Source of the DNA: Pseudobacteriovorax sp.
Lineage (GTDB): Bacteria; Bdellovibrionota_B; Oligoflexia; Oligoflexales; Oligoflexaceae
Direction of reading: 5' to 3'
Length of the DNA stretch: 64,000 bases
Assembly (NCBI GenBank): GCA_050293845.1
Contig: JBNKNM010000001.1
Location: 1-64,000, forward strand
The position numbers were made by a program, and so were the translations under genes. Each line of letters begins with the position of its first letter. The stretch's first letter is position 1. Of the stretch, positions 29,879 through 39,635 are shown in pieces. Under the pieces are notes generated by a model. It was not told the DNA's origin, searched no databases, and saw nothing but the letters and a program-made list of their open reading frames with translations.

Positions 29879-29937
29879 TCTAACAATTATAGCATAGTCA
29901 ACTCGACTTCTTCAATTCATCCCCCTTTGGAAAGACT

Positions 29938-29969
29938 TTTCATGAAAGTTCTTCTATCTTGTGTATAAT
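29938..29969 (+). promoter_or_regulatory. Candidate lgt promoter (-10 TATAAT) with a palindrome over the -35 region
   Basis: Perfect TATAAT at 29964-29969; palindrome TTTCATGAAA at 29938-29947, in the divergent marR/lgt spacer. Confidence 0.35.
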
Positions 29970-30003
29970 CCCCATAGCTGTTGAGTTTTGAAAAGGAGCA
30001 GTC

Positions 30004-30852
30004 ATGTTTGTTTGGGATATTAACCCAGAAATATTTAAGTTGGGTCCCCTCGCACCACGTTACTATGGACTATTGTTTGGCCTAGGGTTCTATGTAGGTT
30101 TTCTGATTATGCGTCGGATTTTTCGTGAAGAAGGGCACCATGAGGAAGAGCTGCAGTCGTTGCTTTTATATATGATGATTGGCACTATTGTTGGTGCTCG
30201 ATTAGGGCATTGCTTGTTTTACGAACCCCTGTATTATCTTTCTAACCCTCTTGAAATTCTTAAGGTTTGGCATGGTGGACTGGCAAGCCATGGCGGTACT
30301 ATCGGTGTTTTAATTTCCTGTTATCTTTTCCGTAAAAAACATCCTCAACATAGCTACTTGTGGCTCGCAGACAGGCTTGCTATCGGTACTGCATTCACAG
30401 CCGGTTGTATTCGTGTGGGAAATTTTTTCAATTCAGAAATCATTGGTAAACCAACGGAATTACCCTGGGGTATTGTTTTTAAATCCCATAGTCCTGTGCC
30501 ACGGCACCCGGCAATGCTATACGAGGCATTAGCCTACTTTTTACTATTCATAGTTCTTTATTTCCTATACAGGCGCTGGAAGGCAAACACACCCCAAGGA
30601 TCCTTGCTAGGAATTCTCTTAGTATGGGTATTTTCAGCTCGCGTAGGTATTGAGTTTGTTAAGGAGAATCAAGTGGCATTCGAAAACCATATGTTATTCA
30701 ATATGGGACAAATTTTAAGCGTTCCTTTCATTCTTATAGGAGTGCTTTTTCTAACTGGAAAAATACAAGGAGTGATGCCATTTTTAGTAGAAGCGCAAGC
30801 TAAAAATCCCAAAAAACAGAAATCTAGCCCTAAGCCCAAGAAAAGAAAGTAA
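30004..30852 (+). CDS. lgt: Prolipoprotein diacylglyceryl transferase
   Basis: RYYGL, GARLGHCLFY, GGLASHGG, IRVGNFFNSEIIG, RHPAMLYE. RBS AAGGAG. Confidence 0.96.
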   Translation: MFVWDINPEIFKLGPLAPRYYGLLFGLGFYVGFLIMRRIFREEGHHEEELQSLLLYMMIGTIVGARLGHCLFYEPLYYLSNPLEILKVWHGGLASHGGTIGVLISCYLFRKKHPQHSYLWLADRLAIGTAFTAGCIRVGNFFNSEIIGKPTELPWGIVFKSHSPVPRHPAMLYEALAYFLLFIVLYFLYRRWKANTPQGSLLGILLVWVFSARVGIEFVKENQVAFENHMLFNMGQILSVPFILIGVLFLTGKIQGVMPFLVEAQAKNPKKQKSSPKPKKRK

Positions 30853-30855
30853 TTA

Positions 30856-31056
30856 CTACTTTTTGAATTGCTGCTGTGGGGAGTCTGATGTGGCCTGCGC
30901 TACCTCATTCGTGTATGCCTTAAAGTCAAAAAAAAACTGAAAGTAAAGTACGGCTGCCAACCCTGCAGCTGTTATGATAATTCGAAACCACACATTGCTT
31001 CTCCTTCTTCTTTGGTCCGATCCATTGTAAGATGACCAGCAACGCTCGTCAATCAC
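30856..31056 (-). CDS. Possible small single-TM protein
   Basis: Basic patch RRRR followed by hydrophobic VWFRIIITAAGLAAVLYFQFFF; fills the gap between lgt and the M28 gene. Start uncertain (GTG 31056 avoids overlap). Confidence 0.35.
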   Translation of the reverse strand: MIDERCWSSYNGSDQRRRRSNVWFRIIITAAGLAAVLYFQFFFDFKAYTNEVAQATSDSPQQQFKK

Positions 31057-31067
31057 TGAGGTTTTAC

Positions 31068-32114
31068 ATGTTGCGCCACTTCTTTTGCATAAAACTAAAT
31101 ATATTTCTTTATATTCTTTTACTAGGCGCTCAATGTAAGTCTTCTTCATCTACATCCAATTTATCAGATATTGAGACATTCTTAAAGTCTCAGACATTTG
31201 ACCAGACCCTTGTAGAAGCGGCATTACGTGAATTATCCCAAGCTCCCCACCCCTTGGGATCGCTAAGACAAGCCGAACTTGCTACTTATTTACAGTCGCA
31301 GTTAAAATCCATGGGCTTCCAGCCCATTGTCCAATCATTCTCAGCTAAAGTTCCCAACCCCATCCTTTTGGAAAACCCCGATGCTCCAGCTCCTCTAGCT
31401 CTCGAAAAAGAAGGGAAAAACATTTTAGCAACACTAGATAGCAATGCCCCATGTACCTTACTGATCGGATCTCACTATGATTCGAAGTATTTCTCAGCAT
31501 TCAGCTACGTTGGGGCTAACGATTCCGGCTCATCCTCTGCTGCTTTATTGTGGGTCATAAAAGTGCTTAAAGTTTGGAAAGAACAATCATCAAAAGAGTG
31601 CACCTATACTGGAGTCTGGTTTGATGGAGAGGAAGCCTATTTAACCGATTGGAACGATGGACTTACCCGACACCCTATCAAGAGCCAGGATAATACTTAT
31701 GGTAGTCGGCATTTAGCAGGCAGCCTTGAATCCTGTCAAACAGGGTGGTGTCTGCCGCAAACAAATATGGCGGTCACAGGCTTGGTATTGCTTGATATGA
31801 TAGGTTCTCCGGAGATTTTACTGACAAAAGATTTAAACTCAACAAAACATTGGATAAATGAAGCTCTTACACTCGATGAAGAGCTGGGATTGAACCTGTA
31901 TCAAAGAAAAACGACCAATAGTAACAGTGTAGAAGATGATCACATTCCTTTTTTAAAAAAGAATCTACCAGCCATTGATCTTATTGATTTCAACAACCTT
32001 GAAGTTTGGCACCAACCTGGCGACGACTTTGACAGGGTATCTATGGATAGTATAAAACGAGCCTCCCAATTAGCTATTGCTCTGGCGATTCAGATTGAAC
32101 AAGGCAACCTTTAG
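31068..32114 (+). CDS. M28 family protein, glutaminyl-peptide cyclotransferase (type II QC)-like, probable lipoprotein
   Basis: GSHYDSKYF, VGANDS, FDGEEA, YGSRHLA, LLDMIG, EDDHIPFL, VWH. ATG 31068 behind GAGG; signal ending LLLGAQC. Confidence 0.85.
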   Translation: MLRHFFCIKLNIFLYILLLGAQCKSSSSTSNLSDIETFLKSQTFDQTLVEAALRELSQAPHPLGSLRQAELATYLQSQLKSMGFQPIVQSFSAKVPNPILLENPDAPAPLALEKEGKNILATLDSNAPCTLLIGSHYDSKYFSAFSYVGANDSGSSSAALLWVIKVLKVWKEQSSKECTYTGVWFDGEEAYLTDWNDGLTRHPIKSQDNTYGSRHLAGSLESCQTGWCLPQTNMAVTGLVLLDMIGSPEILLTKDLNSTKHWINEALTLDEELGLNLYQRKTTNSNSVEDDHIPFLKKNLPAIDLIDFNNLEVWHQPGDDFDRVSMDSIKRASQLAIALAIQIEQGNL

Positions 32115-32265
32115 ACTAGATTCGCATTTTCATCCGACTCGCCCTGGTAGCAAAAAGTATCCTCACTAGCCAGAAGAGTAGCTCCAAAAGCAATGACTAT
32201 GGTCTTTTCAATAAAATAGTTATAAAAGGTCGTTGCCCATATTGCACCACAATAAGGAGTCTCCG

Positions 32266-32955
32266 ATGCAGGATTTTAATCAATTCATTTTAGACAATCA
32301 AATCATTGGATTTTTTGACGAGCCCGTACAGCTCAAAAGTGGCAGAAAAAGTAATTATTATGTTAATTGGCGTAAGGCAACAAATGATGCATTTTTACTC
32401 CATCAGCTAACTGATCACATTGTTTCATTCTTGCAGTCACAAGAACTTAGCTTTGATTCCCTCATTGGAGTTCCAGAAGGTGCTAGTAAAACCGCTGTGG
32501 TCACAGCTCTGAAGTGGGCGCAGAAAAATCCCCAGTTTGGACCTGGGAGTCATATTATCCCTATGGGACGTGCAAAGCCAAAATCCCATGGTGCACCGGA
32601 AGATCGCTACTTCATCGGTGCTCCCCAAGGTAGAGTACTGGTTTTAGAAGACACCATTACAACGGGGATTTCATTGTATAGTTTTATCGACAAGCTACTG
32701 GAAAACGGCTTCAATGTTGTAGGAGCCATATGTCTTACAGACCGTATGGAAAAGAGAGATGACCAACTCTCAGTAGCTACATTTATCAGTCAGCGTTATC
32801 AAGGTCATATCAAATATTTAAGAATGAGCACGGCAACAGAGCTTCTACCAGCAGCATTCCAGCAAAATCCGGTCAGTGAGGACACAAGGCAGGCCCTCCT
32901 AGAGGAATTTCAAAACTACGGGGTGACCACTTTGAATTTAGGAGATAACTCGTGA
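32266..32955 (+). CDS. pyrE: Orotate phosphoribosyltransferase (divergent)
   Basis: LKSGRKSNYYVN, R.KPKSHG, PRPP loop VLEDTITTG; adjacent to pyrF. ATG 32266 behind AAGGAG. Confidence 0.85.
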   Translation: MQDFNQFILDNQIIGFFDEPVQLKSGRKSNYYVNWRKATNDAFLLHQLTDHIVSFLQSQELSFDSLIGVPEGASKTAVVTALKWAQKNPQFGPGSHIIPMGRAKPKSHGAPEDRYFIGAPQGRVLVLEDTITTGISLYSFIDKLLENGFNVVGAICLTDRMEKRDDQLSVATFISQRYQGHIKYLRMSTATELLPAAFQQNPVSEDTRQALLEEFQNYGVTTLNLGDNS

Positions 32956-33734
32956 ACTTTATAAATAAGTGGCAGAGCTGTGTCACAGCAAAAAACTCCC
33001 TATTATGTGTCAATATTGATCCTGGTGAATGGGGTCAACGCGACCACTTGACCCTAGATCAAGGAGAGTCAAAAGTATCTTGGGCAAAATCCATTATTGC
33101 AAAGACTGCTCCCTATGCGGCAGCCATTAAACCCAATAGGCAGTATTTTAAGGATATTAGCCGAGAAGAACTAGCCTCCATCAACAGTTACGCTCACTCA
33201 CTGGGCCTCATAAGCATAGATGATAGTAAAATAGCCGATATTGGGGCCACGAATGATGCCGCCTTATATCATGCGGTACAAGAAGGATTCGATGCTATTA
33301 CCTACTGCCCGTTTCCTGGCAATATTGCAGAAACATGTGAAATGGCCAAACAGCGTAATATTGGCCTAATTCCCCTGGCTCTGATGTCTAATCCCGAGTT
33401 TAAGCTTATGAAAAGCTTGACTATAGATAAGCTACCAGCTTACCAATACTACGCTAAAGAGTCATATATCCATGGGGCAGCGGGAGTGGTCGTGGGAGCT
33501 CCCAGCCCTAAAAATCATATACTGCAAGAAGAAGTTGATGCTATCAAAGCAATCATCGGCCCGCTTACAGTACTGGTTCCTGGTATAGGCGCCCAAGGCG
33601 GATACTTAGCCCCCATCGTAGCTACTTTTGGCGATCAGGCTATTGTCTCAGTAGGACGTGATATAGCGTATCACCAAGATCCTGCCTCCCAAGCTCGCAA
33701 GTACCAAGAATTGATCAATAGTTATCGTCATTAA
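32952..33734 (+). CDS. pyrF: Orotidine-5'-phosphate decarboxylase
   Basis: LCVNIDP, IKPN, DxKxxDIxxT as DSKIADIGAT, SNP, PGIGAQGG, GRDI. Confidence 0.92.
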   Translation: MNFINKWQSCVTAKNSLLCVNIDPGEWGQRDHLTLDQGESKVSWAKSIIAKTAPYAAAIKPNRQYFKDISREELASINSYAHSLGLISIDDSKIADIGATNDAALYHAVQEGFDAITYCPFPGNIAETCEMAKQRNIGLIPLALMSNPEFKLMKSLTIDKLPAYQYYAKESYIHGAAGVVVGAPSPKNHILQEEVDAIKAIIGPLTVLVPGIGAQGGYLAPIVATFGDQAIVSVGRDIAYHQDPASQARKYQELINSYRH

Positions 33735-33834
33735 GCCGATATATACATTGGAGGCAGTCCACTAGTAGCACTGGATTGATTCCTACATTTTCGTTATGAT
33801 CTTGGCTAAGCTTTTGTTCAAGGGGAAAAAGGTT

Positions 33835-35589
33835 ATGACTAGAACACAGGATACACTACCATCTTACTTGAGTAAGTACTGTATTGAACATGATGTGAGC
33901 AAATATACAAGCCGCGATCATGCGGCCTGGCGATATATTATGCGGCGTGCCATCCCATTTTTCAGGGAGCATGCCGTCAATGGTTATGAAAAGGGTCTAG
34001 CTGAAACGGGAATATCCACTAATCGTATTCCCCATATCGACGATATGGATAAGGCTCTGCAAAAAATTGGCTGGGGAGCTGTACCGGTGTGTGGATTCAT
34101 CCCTCCCTGGGCCTTCTTAGAGTTTCAAGCCAGAAAAATTCTTCCTATAGCCACAGACATGAGAAGCGTCAATCATATTGCCTATACACCAGCTCCCGAT
34201 ATCGTTCATGAAGCAGCCGGCCATGCACCCATACTTCCCGATGTGGATTATAACAACTATCTTTCTTACTATGCCAAATTAGGCACAAAGGCTGTGTATT
34301 CGAAACAAGACCTTCAGCTCTACGAAGCTGTACGCTACCTCTCGGATATTAAAGAAAAACCAGAAAGCACTATCGAAGCCGTTAGCGATGCCGAGCGGCG
34401 ACTCTCAGCGGCCATTAGAAGTTTTTCCTATGCTTCTGAAGCCACAAAAGTGGGAAGAATGAGTTGGTGGACCGCCGAATATGGTCTCGTAGGCAGCCTT
34501 GAAAAGCCCAAAATTTTTGGCGCTGGTTTATTATCCTCTGTCGGTGAAAGCCTCAATGCCATGACGCCAGGTGTTAAAAAGATACCCTTGAGCATAGATT
34601 GCACCAATTTCTCTTTTAATATTACGGAACCTCAACCCCAATTATTTGTCGCTGAAGATATGAAGCACCTTCATAGTGTTCTCCATGAACTTGACGACAC
34701 CCTAGCCTATCGCAAAAGTGGCTTGCAAAGCCTTACCATTGGACTTGCTGCAGAAGCTGTCACAACAACCACTTTGGATTCGGGAATACAAATTTCAGGA
34801 AAAATTGCTAATTTTGAGAGCAGCCATGGCCAATGCACATTTCTAAAGTACGAAGGCCCTGTTCAGCTTTGTTATGAAGGACGAGAATTAACGAACCAAG
34901 GCATCTCTCGCCATACTCAGGGTTATAGCACACCGCTGGGCCGCCTTGTTCAATTTCCCGACATAGCCTTTCATCAACTTGATGCAAGGCAGCTTTCAGA
35001 GGCTGGTATTGAGATAAACCATAAAGTTACACTAAGTTTTTCATCTGGATTTACACTGAAGGGCCAGGTCACACAAATTCTGCGCCAACAAGGGAAGCTG
35101 TTACTGCTGAGTTTTGCAGATTGCACTGTAATCAAAGGAGAAAAAATTTATTTTGAACCTGCATGGGGAGAGTTCGACCTCGCGTTGGGAGAAAGTGTAC
35201 TCTCGGTATGCGGCGGTCCCTGCCAAAGGGAAACTTATGGTGAACATGAGATCATTGAAACGGAGACGACTCCGGGGCGATCTACTCCCTATACCGAAGG
35301 AGAGCTTCAACTTTTCGACCAGTATCAGCTTATCAGGGAGCTTCGCCAAGTAGACAATCACAGTGTAGCGCAACAAAAACTTGAACAAGCCGCAACAGTA
35401 GCCCTACAACACACCCCCCACGAATGGCTATTACTGTTAGAAATGTATGAGTTAGCCAAAAATAAGTTAGCACTGCATCCCGAAAACTATAAATTTGTTA
35501 AGGACCTTGAGTCCCACCTCCATAATGTGGAAAATAGTAAGGATGAAAATGCTGAACATTTAAGCCATGGTCTAAGTCTCATTCACTAG
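33835..35589 (+). CDS. phhA: Phenylalanine 4-monooxygenase, long form with C-terminal extension
   Basis: YTPAPDIVHEAAGHAP (His ligands), WWTAEYGL (Glu ligand), GAGLLSS, ITEPQPQLFV. ATG 33835 is the likelier start. Confidence 0.92.
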   Translation: MTRTQDTLPSYLSKYCIEHDVSKYTSRDHAAWRYIMRRAIPFFREHAVNGYEKGLAETGISTNRIPHIDDMDKALQKIGWGAVPVCGFIPPWAFLEFQARKILPIATDMRSVNHIAYTPAPDIVHEAAGHAPILPDVDYNNYLSYYAKLGTKAVYSKQDLQLYEAVRYLSDIKEKPESTIEAVSDAERRLSAAIRSFSYASEATKVGRMSWWTAEYGLVGSLEKPKIFGAGLLSSVGESLNAMTPGVKKIPLSIDCTNFSFNITEPQPQLFVAEDMKHLHSVLHELDDTLAYRKSGLQSLTIGLAAEAVTTTTLDSGIQISGKIANFESSHGQCTFLKYEGPVQLCYEGRELTNQGISRHTQGYSTPLGRLVQFPDIAFHQLDARQLSEAGIEINHKVTLSFSSGFTLKGQVTQILRQQGKLLLLSFADCTVIKGEKIYFEPAWGEFDLALGESVLSVCGGPCQRETYGEHEIIETETTPGRSTPYTEGELQLFDQYQLIRELRQVDNHSVAQQKLEQAATVALQHTPHEWLLLLEMYELAKNKLALHPENYKFVKDLESHLHNVENSKDENAEHLSHGLSLIH

Positions 35590-35605
35590 CTAAGGAAAGG
35601 GCGGT

Positions 35606-36439
35606 ATGAAGAGATTAAGTATATTTCTAGTTCTTATCACTTTCATTCCAGCCTGTACTTTCCGTTCGTTAGCATTAAGGAACATTGACTGGCTGGTGGA
35701 GCGACGCCTTAATGATATATTTGACTTAAACGATGCGCAAGAAGCACAGCTTGAACCTACAATCAAAGATTTTATGGGCTTTTTAAAGGGCCCTTTAGGT
35801 CAACAAGCCATGGGAACCATTGATAGCATTATTCAACACTCTCAGAATGGCTTATCCGAAGATGAAATCAGTACTGCCTTTGATAAGATCTTAAAAATGC
35901 GCCGGGCTATCATGGAGCGCTACGCCTCTGAGTTGGCCACCCTTTTTAAAAGCCTTTCCGATCAGCAACTCCAACATTATAAAAAACAACAAGCCGCAGA
36001 TGACGAAGATCTCATCGCCGTATTGACCAGTAAGAACTTCAATGATGCTGCCAAAGAAGCCTTAGAAAGCCGTATTGACTTACTAAGTGCCTGGTACGGA
36101 GATCTCAATCATCAACAAAAGGAGCTGCTCTATAGCAGCTCTTCTACGAAACAAGAGCATTTCCGTGAACGCTTAAACTATCGGCAAAAGAGTCGTGAAT
36201 TTTTTATGACCATGGTTAAAAAACCACAGAGTGAAATTCACTCCTTTCTCAACCAATGGGCAGTAAACCCCAGCCTTAGGGCGCAGCAGCTGGGGTTTGA
36301 TTCCATGGCCCAATGGCGGGAGAGACTCATTCCCTTTTTGGTTAAATTTCATGCCTCCCTTACACCTAAGCAATGGCAAACCTTTCGTGAGGAACTAGGA
36401 AGCTTAAGGCGAGATATTGCTAGCTTTGTAAAATCTTAG
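35606..36439 (+). CDS. Helical lipoprotein (DUF6279-like)
   Basis: Lipobox IPAC; NIDWLVERRLNDIFDLNDAQ; repeated LSDQQ / LNHQQ / LTPKQ motifs. Confidence 0.7.
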   Translation: MKRLSIFLVLITFIPACTFRSLALRNIDWLVERRLNDIFDLNDAQEAQLEPTIKDFMGFLKGPLGQQAMGTIDSIIQHSQNGLSEDEISTAFDKILKMRRAIMERYASELATLFKSLSDQQLQHYKKQQAADDEDLIAVLTSKNFNDAAKEALESRIDLLSAWYGDLNHQQKELLYSSSSTKQEHFRERLNYRQKSREFFMTMVKKPQSEIHSFLNQWAVNPSLRAQQLGFDSMAQWRERLIPFLVKFHASLTPKQWQTFREELGSLRRDIASFVKS

Positions 36440-37509
36440 TTTCTATTTCTCAAGCTTTCACTGATCATCCCCGAGCCTAAGCATTGATCGCCCTGGTAAA
36501 ATACCGCATACTGTCCCGGAGCTATCCCCGCATCCGGTTCAGCTAACCGCACTTGACTTTGATCTCCTGCATATTCCAGCTGACAAGCGGTTACCCTTTC
36601 CCCATGTCTAATTTTTACGGAGAGACCTTCCCAGTTGTCTGGCAGTCCTGACAACCAATGTAAAGATGTTACAGAAAAAGACTTTTGGGGCATAGCTGGA
36701 GAAAGCTTTTCCTTGGAAACGTATACAATATTTTTGTGGCAATCTTTGCCCACAACAAACCAAGGTCCACCGCTCAGCCCCAGGCCTTTACGCTGCCCTA
36801 TAGTATGATACCAAAATCCCAAATGTTTCCCGATAACCTGCTGGCTTTCCATCTCAATAATATCCCCTGGTTGATCACCAAGGTGCATCCTCACAAACTC
36901 GTTATATTTAATTTTCCCGAGAAAGCAGATGCCCTGGGAATCTTTTCTCGCTTTATTGGCCAGATTAAATTCTTCAGCTATTTGACGTACATTGGCTTTT
37001 GGCAGGTGACCAATTGGGAAAATAATTCTCTGCAGTTGCTGTTGCGAAAGCCTGGAAAGAAAATAGGTTTGATCTTTGATAGGGTCCAGGCCTTTCTTTA
37101 AGCGAGCCACTCCTTCTTTATCTCGATCGATCCGAGCATAATGCCCCGATGCAATAAGATAGGAGTCATCAATATAGTCGCAGAAAGCGCCAAATTTGAC
37201 TCTCTGATTACAAAGAATGTCTGGACTTGGCGTCCGGCCAGCACGCAATTCAGAGACAGTGTGGCTCACCACTTTATCCCAGTAGGGTGTTTGCAAGGAT
37301 ACAATTTCTAGGGGCACACCCGCTTGCTCACAAACAGCACGAGCATAGCGAAGATCCTCTTCCCAAGGGCATTGGCCTAAAAATTGAAACTCCTCTTCAA
37401 GCCATATTTTGAGATAAAAAGCAGTAATATCATACTTCTTTTCGTTCTTCAGAAGGTTCAGTGCAACGCTGCTATCAACCCCACCAGACACTAAAACCGC
37501 AACTTTCAT
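36436..37509 (-). CDS. mnmA: tRNA-specific 2-thiouridylase
   Basis: SGGVDSS, TPSPDILCN, SGHYAR, KDQTYFL, KDSQGICF, TIGQRKGL, PGQ. Confidence 0.97.
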   Translation of the reverse strand: MKVAVLVSGGVDSSVALNLLKNEKKYDITAFYLKIWLEEEFQFLGQCPWEEDLRYARAVCEQAGVPLEIVSLQTPYWDKVVSHTVSELRAGRTPSPDILCNQRVKFGAFCDYIDDSYLIASGHYARIDRDKEGVARLKKGLDPIKDQTYFLSRLSQQQLQRIIFPIGHLPKANVRQIAEEFNLANKARKDSQGICFLGKIKYNEFVRMHLGDQPGDIIEMESQQVIGKHLGFWYHTIGQRKGLGLSGGPWFVVGKDCHKNIVYVSKEKLSPAMPQKSFSVTSLHWLSGLPDNWEGLSVKIRHGERVTACQLEYAGDQSQVRLAEPDAGIAPGQYAVFYQGDQCLGSGMISESLRNRN

Positions 37510-37636
37510 AGCTCACTCCTTTAACAGATGGTCTGTTTAGCATGGTAGAAAAAGAACTTCAACAATTTGGGTGAGCGATCCTAAAGCTTGCCCTTTTGAC
37601 TATATCTTGCTAGCACTAGATGTTTTTGGATGAGGA

Positions 37637-38314
37637 GTGTACGTGCTAATAAAAGCTGTTATTTTTGATTTCGATGGTGTCATTGCGGAAACCGAGTACC
37701 TCCATCGCCAAGCTTGGGTTATTCTGAGTCGTAAATTTAATCTTCCCTTGCCAAATGATTTCCTCGATAAGGGTATTGGCAGTACAAACGATAAGTTAGC
37801 TGCGGAACTGCTTGCATTTTGGCAACATCAGATCCCTCAAAATATCATACTTGACATGAAGTGTACCGCTTTTTGTCAGCTTGTCGCAGCTGCTGCTCAG
37901 GTTCTGGTACCAGGAGTTTTAGCAGCACTCCATAAGTTCGAATCACTAGGAATCCCGATGGCTATCGCAACGAGTTCCCCCCACAAGGAAATCGACGCCA
38001 TTCTCAAGCGGTTTACTATGGAACATCTATTTCAAAGTATTCTTACTCTCGATGACGTCACTTCACCGAAGCCAGCACCCGAGGTCTATTTGAGATCGGC
38101 GAAAGCCTTAGGGCAGCCCCCCCATCATTGTCTTGTTTTTGAGGACTCGATCCTGGGAGCTACTGCAGCGCGGGCCGCAGGTACTAATGTTGTTGCTGTC
38201 ACAACATCTTTTCCCCGCCAAGCATTAGAGCCTGTTCTTGATGCTATCGCCGATTTTCATGAAATAGACAGGGTACTTAGTCACTGTGAGTTTGGAAAAA
38301 ATTATGAATCCTGA
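37637..38314 (+). CDS. HAD family phosphatase (beta-PGM/CbbY-like)
   Basis: IFDFDGVIAETE, ATSS, KPAPEVY, VFEDSILG. Confidence 0.92.
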   Translation: MYVLIKAVIFDFDGVIAETEYLHRQAWVILSRKFNLPLPNDFLDKGIGSTNDKLAAELLAFWQHQIPQNIILDMKCTAFCQLVAAAAQVLVPGVLAALHKFESLGIPMAIATSSPHKEIDAILKRFTMEHLFQSILTLDDVTSPKPAPEVYLRSAKALGQPPHHCLVFEDSILGATAARAAGTNVVAVTTSFPRQALEPVLDAIADFHEIDRVLSHCEFGKNYES

Positions 38315-39596
38315 ATGCCATACCCCTTTAGCCGAGTCCCTGAGGCCTCAGAATTTGAATGAAATATTTGGCCAGGAAAATATTTGGGGTCCAGGAAAAC
38401 CACTTCAGCAACTCGTGGCATCCGGACGATTTACGTCTATACTGCTATGGGGACCACCGGGAAGTGGTAAAACCAGCCTCGCCCATGTGATTGGCTCTCA
38501 CTCCAAAAACGAAGTCGTATCCTTGTCCGCTGTTGAGGATGGTGTCAAAAAAATTCGCGAGCAGATCAATCGCTCGGCAATCCGTAAAAACCATGGAGAA
38601 AGTCCCCTTTTACTTTTTATGGATGAAATTCACAGGTTAAACAAAGGCCAGCAAGATGTCTTGTTACCCGCCTTAGAAAAGGGCTTGGTTAAGTTTATTG
38701 GTGCTACCACAGAAAACCCTTCCTTTTCAGTAAACAACGCGATTTTATCGCGGTGCCTGGTATTTCAACTAAAACCACTGGCAACAGACGCCGTTACCCA
38801 GGTTCTAAAGCGCGCTTTAGAAGCGCCCCATTCCCCCCATCATGGCCGCACTCTTGATGCCGCCATTCTTGAAAAGTTAGCCCGAGCCAGCGCAGGGGAT
38901 GCTCGCCAGGCTTTGAATTTACTGGATGCTGTGCTGCTGACTATACCAGAAAGTCAAAAAATCTCTTCTGAGTCAGTGGCCCCTTTATTAAAAGAAGTTA
39001 TGGCTCAATATGATCGTAACGGGGATCACCACTATGACATTATTTCAGCATTCATTAAATCCATTAGAGCTTCTCAGGCTGATGCCGCAGTCTATTATCT
39101 GGCAAGGATGATTGAGGGGGGGGAAGATCCCATGTTTATCGCCAGAAGACTCGTCATAGCAGCTAGCGAAGATATTGGTAATGCCAACCCGAATGCATTG
39201 ATTCTAGCCAATAGTGCAATGCAATCAATACACCATATTGGCATGCCTGAAGCACGCATTATTCTTTCACAGACAACCTGCTATCTAGCAGGATGCCCCA
39301 AAAGTAACCGATCCTACTTAGCGATTGATACTGCTCTCGAAGACGTCCGCGATCAAGGTCCCCTGCCCATTCCTCTCCATCTGCGCAACGCTCCGAGTCG
39401 CTTAATGAAAGAGTTAGGCTATGGAGCCGGCTATGCTTACCCCCATGATGAACCAAACAAGGCCGCAGCTATGGACTATCTGCCAGAAAATATAGCCCAT
39501 AAAAGCTACTACATACCTTCTGACAGTGGTTCCGAAAAACAGCTGGGGGCTAACTTGAAAAAGTTAAATTCTAAAAATACTTGGGAGAAGCCATAA
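38304..39596 (+). CDS. rarA: Replication-associated recombination protein A (MgsA)
   Basis: PLAESLRP, WGPPGSGKT, DEIHRLNK.QQD, GATTENPSF, SEDIGNA, PLHLRNAP. Confidence 0.96.
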   Translation: MNPECHTPLAESLRPQNLNEIFGQENIWGPGKPLQQLVASGRFTSILLWGPPGSGKTSLAHVIGSHSKNEVVSLSAVEDGVKKIREQINRSAIRKNHGESPLLLFMDEIHRLNKGQQDVLLPALEKGLVKFIGATTENPSFSVNNAILSRCLVFQLKPLATDAVTQVLKRALEAPHSPHHGRTLDAAILEKLARASAGDARQALNLLDAVLLTIPESQKISSESVAPLLKEVMAQYDRNGDHHYDIISAFIKSIRASQADAAVYYLARMIEGGEDPMFIARRLVIAASEDIGNANPNALILANSAMQSIHHIGMPEARIILSQTTCYLAGCPKSNRSYLAIDTALEDVRDQGPLPIPLHLRNAPSRLMKELGYGAGYAYPHDEPNKAAAMDYLPENIAHKSYYIPSDSGSEKQLGANLKKLNSKNTWEKP

Positions 39597-39635
39597 AAGC
39601 TGTTAAATAGGCCCCATCATAAAGAAGATTCGTGT

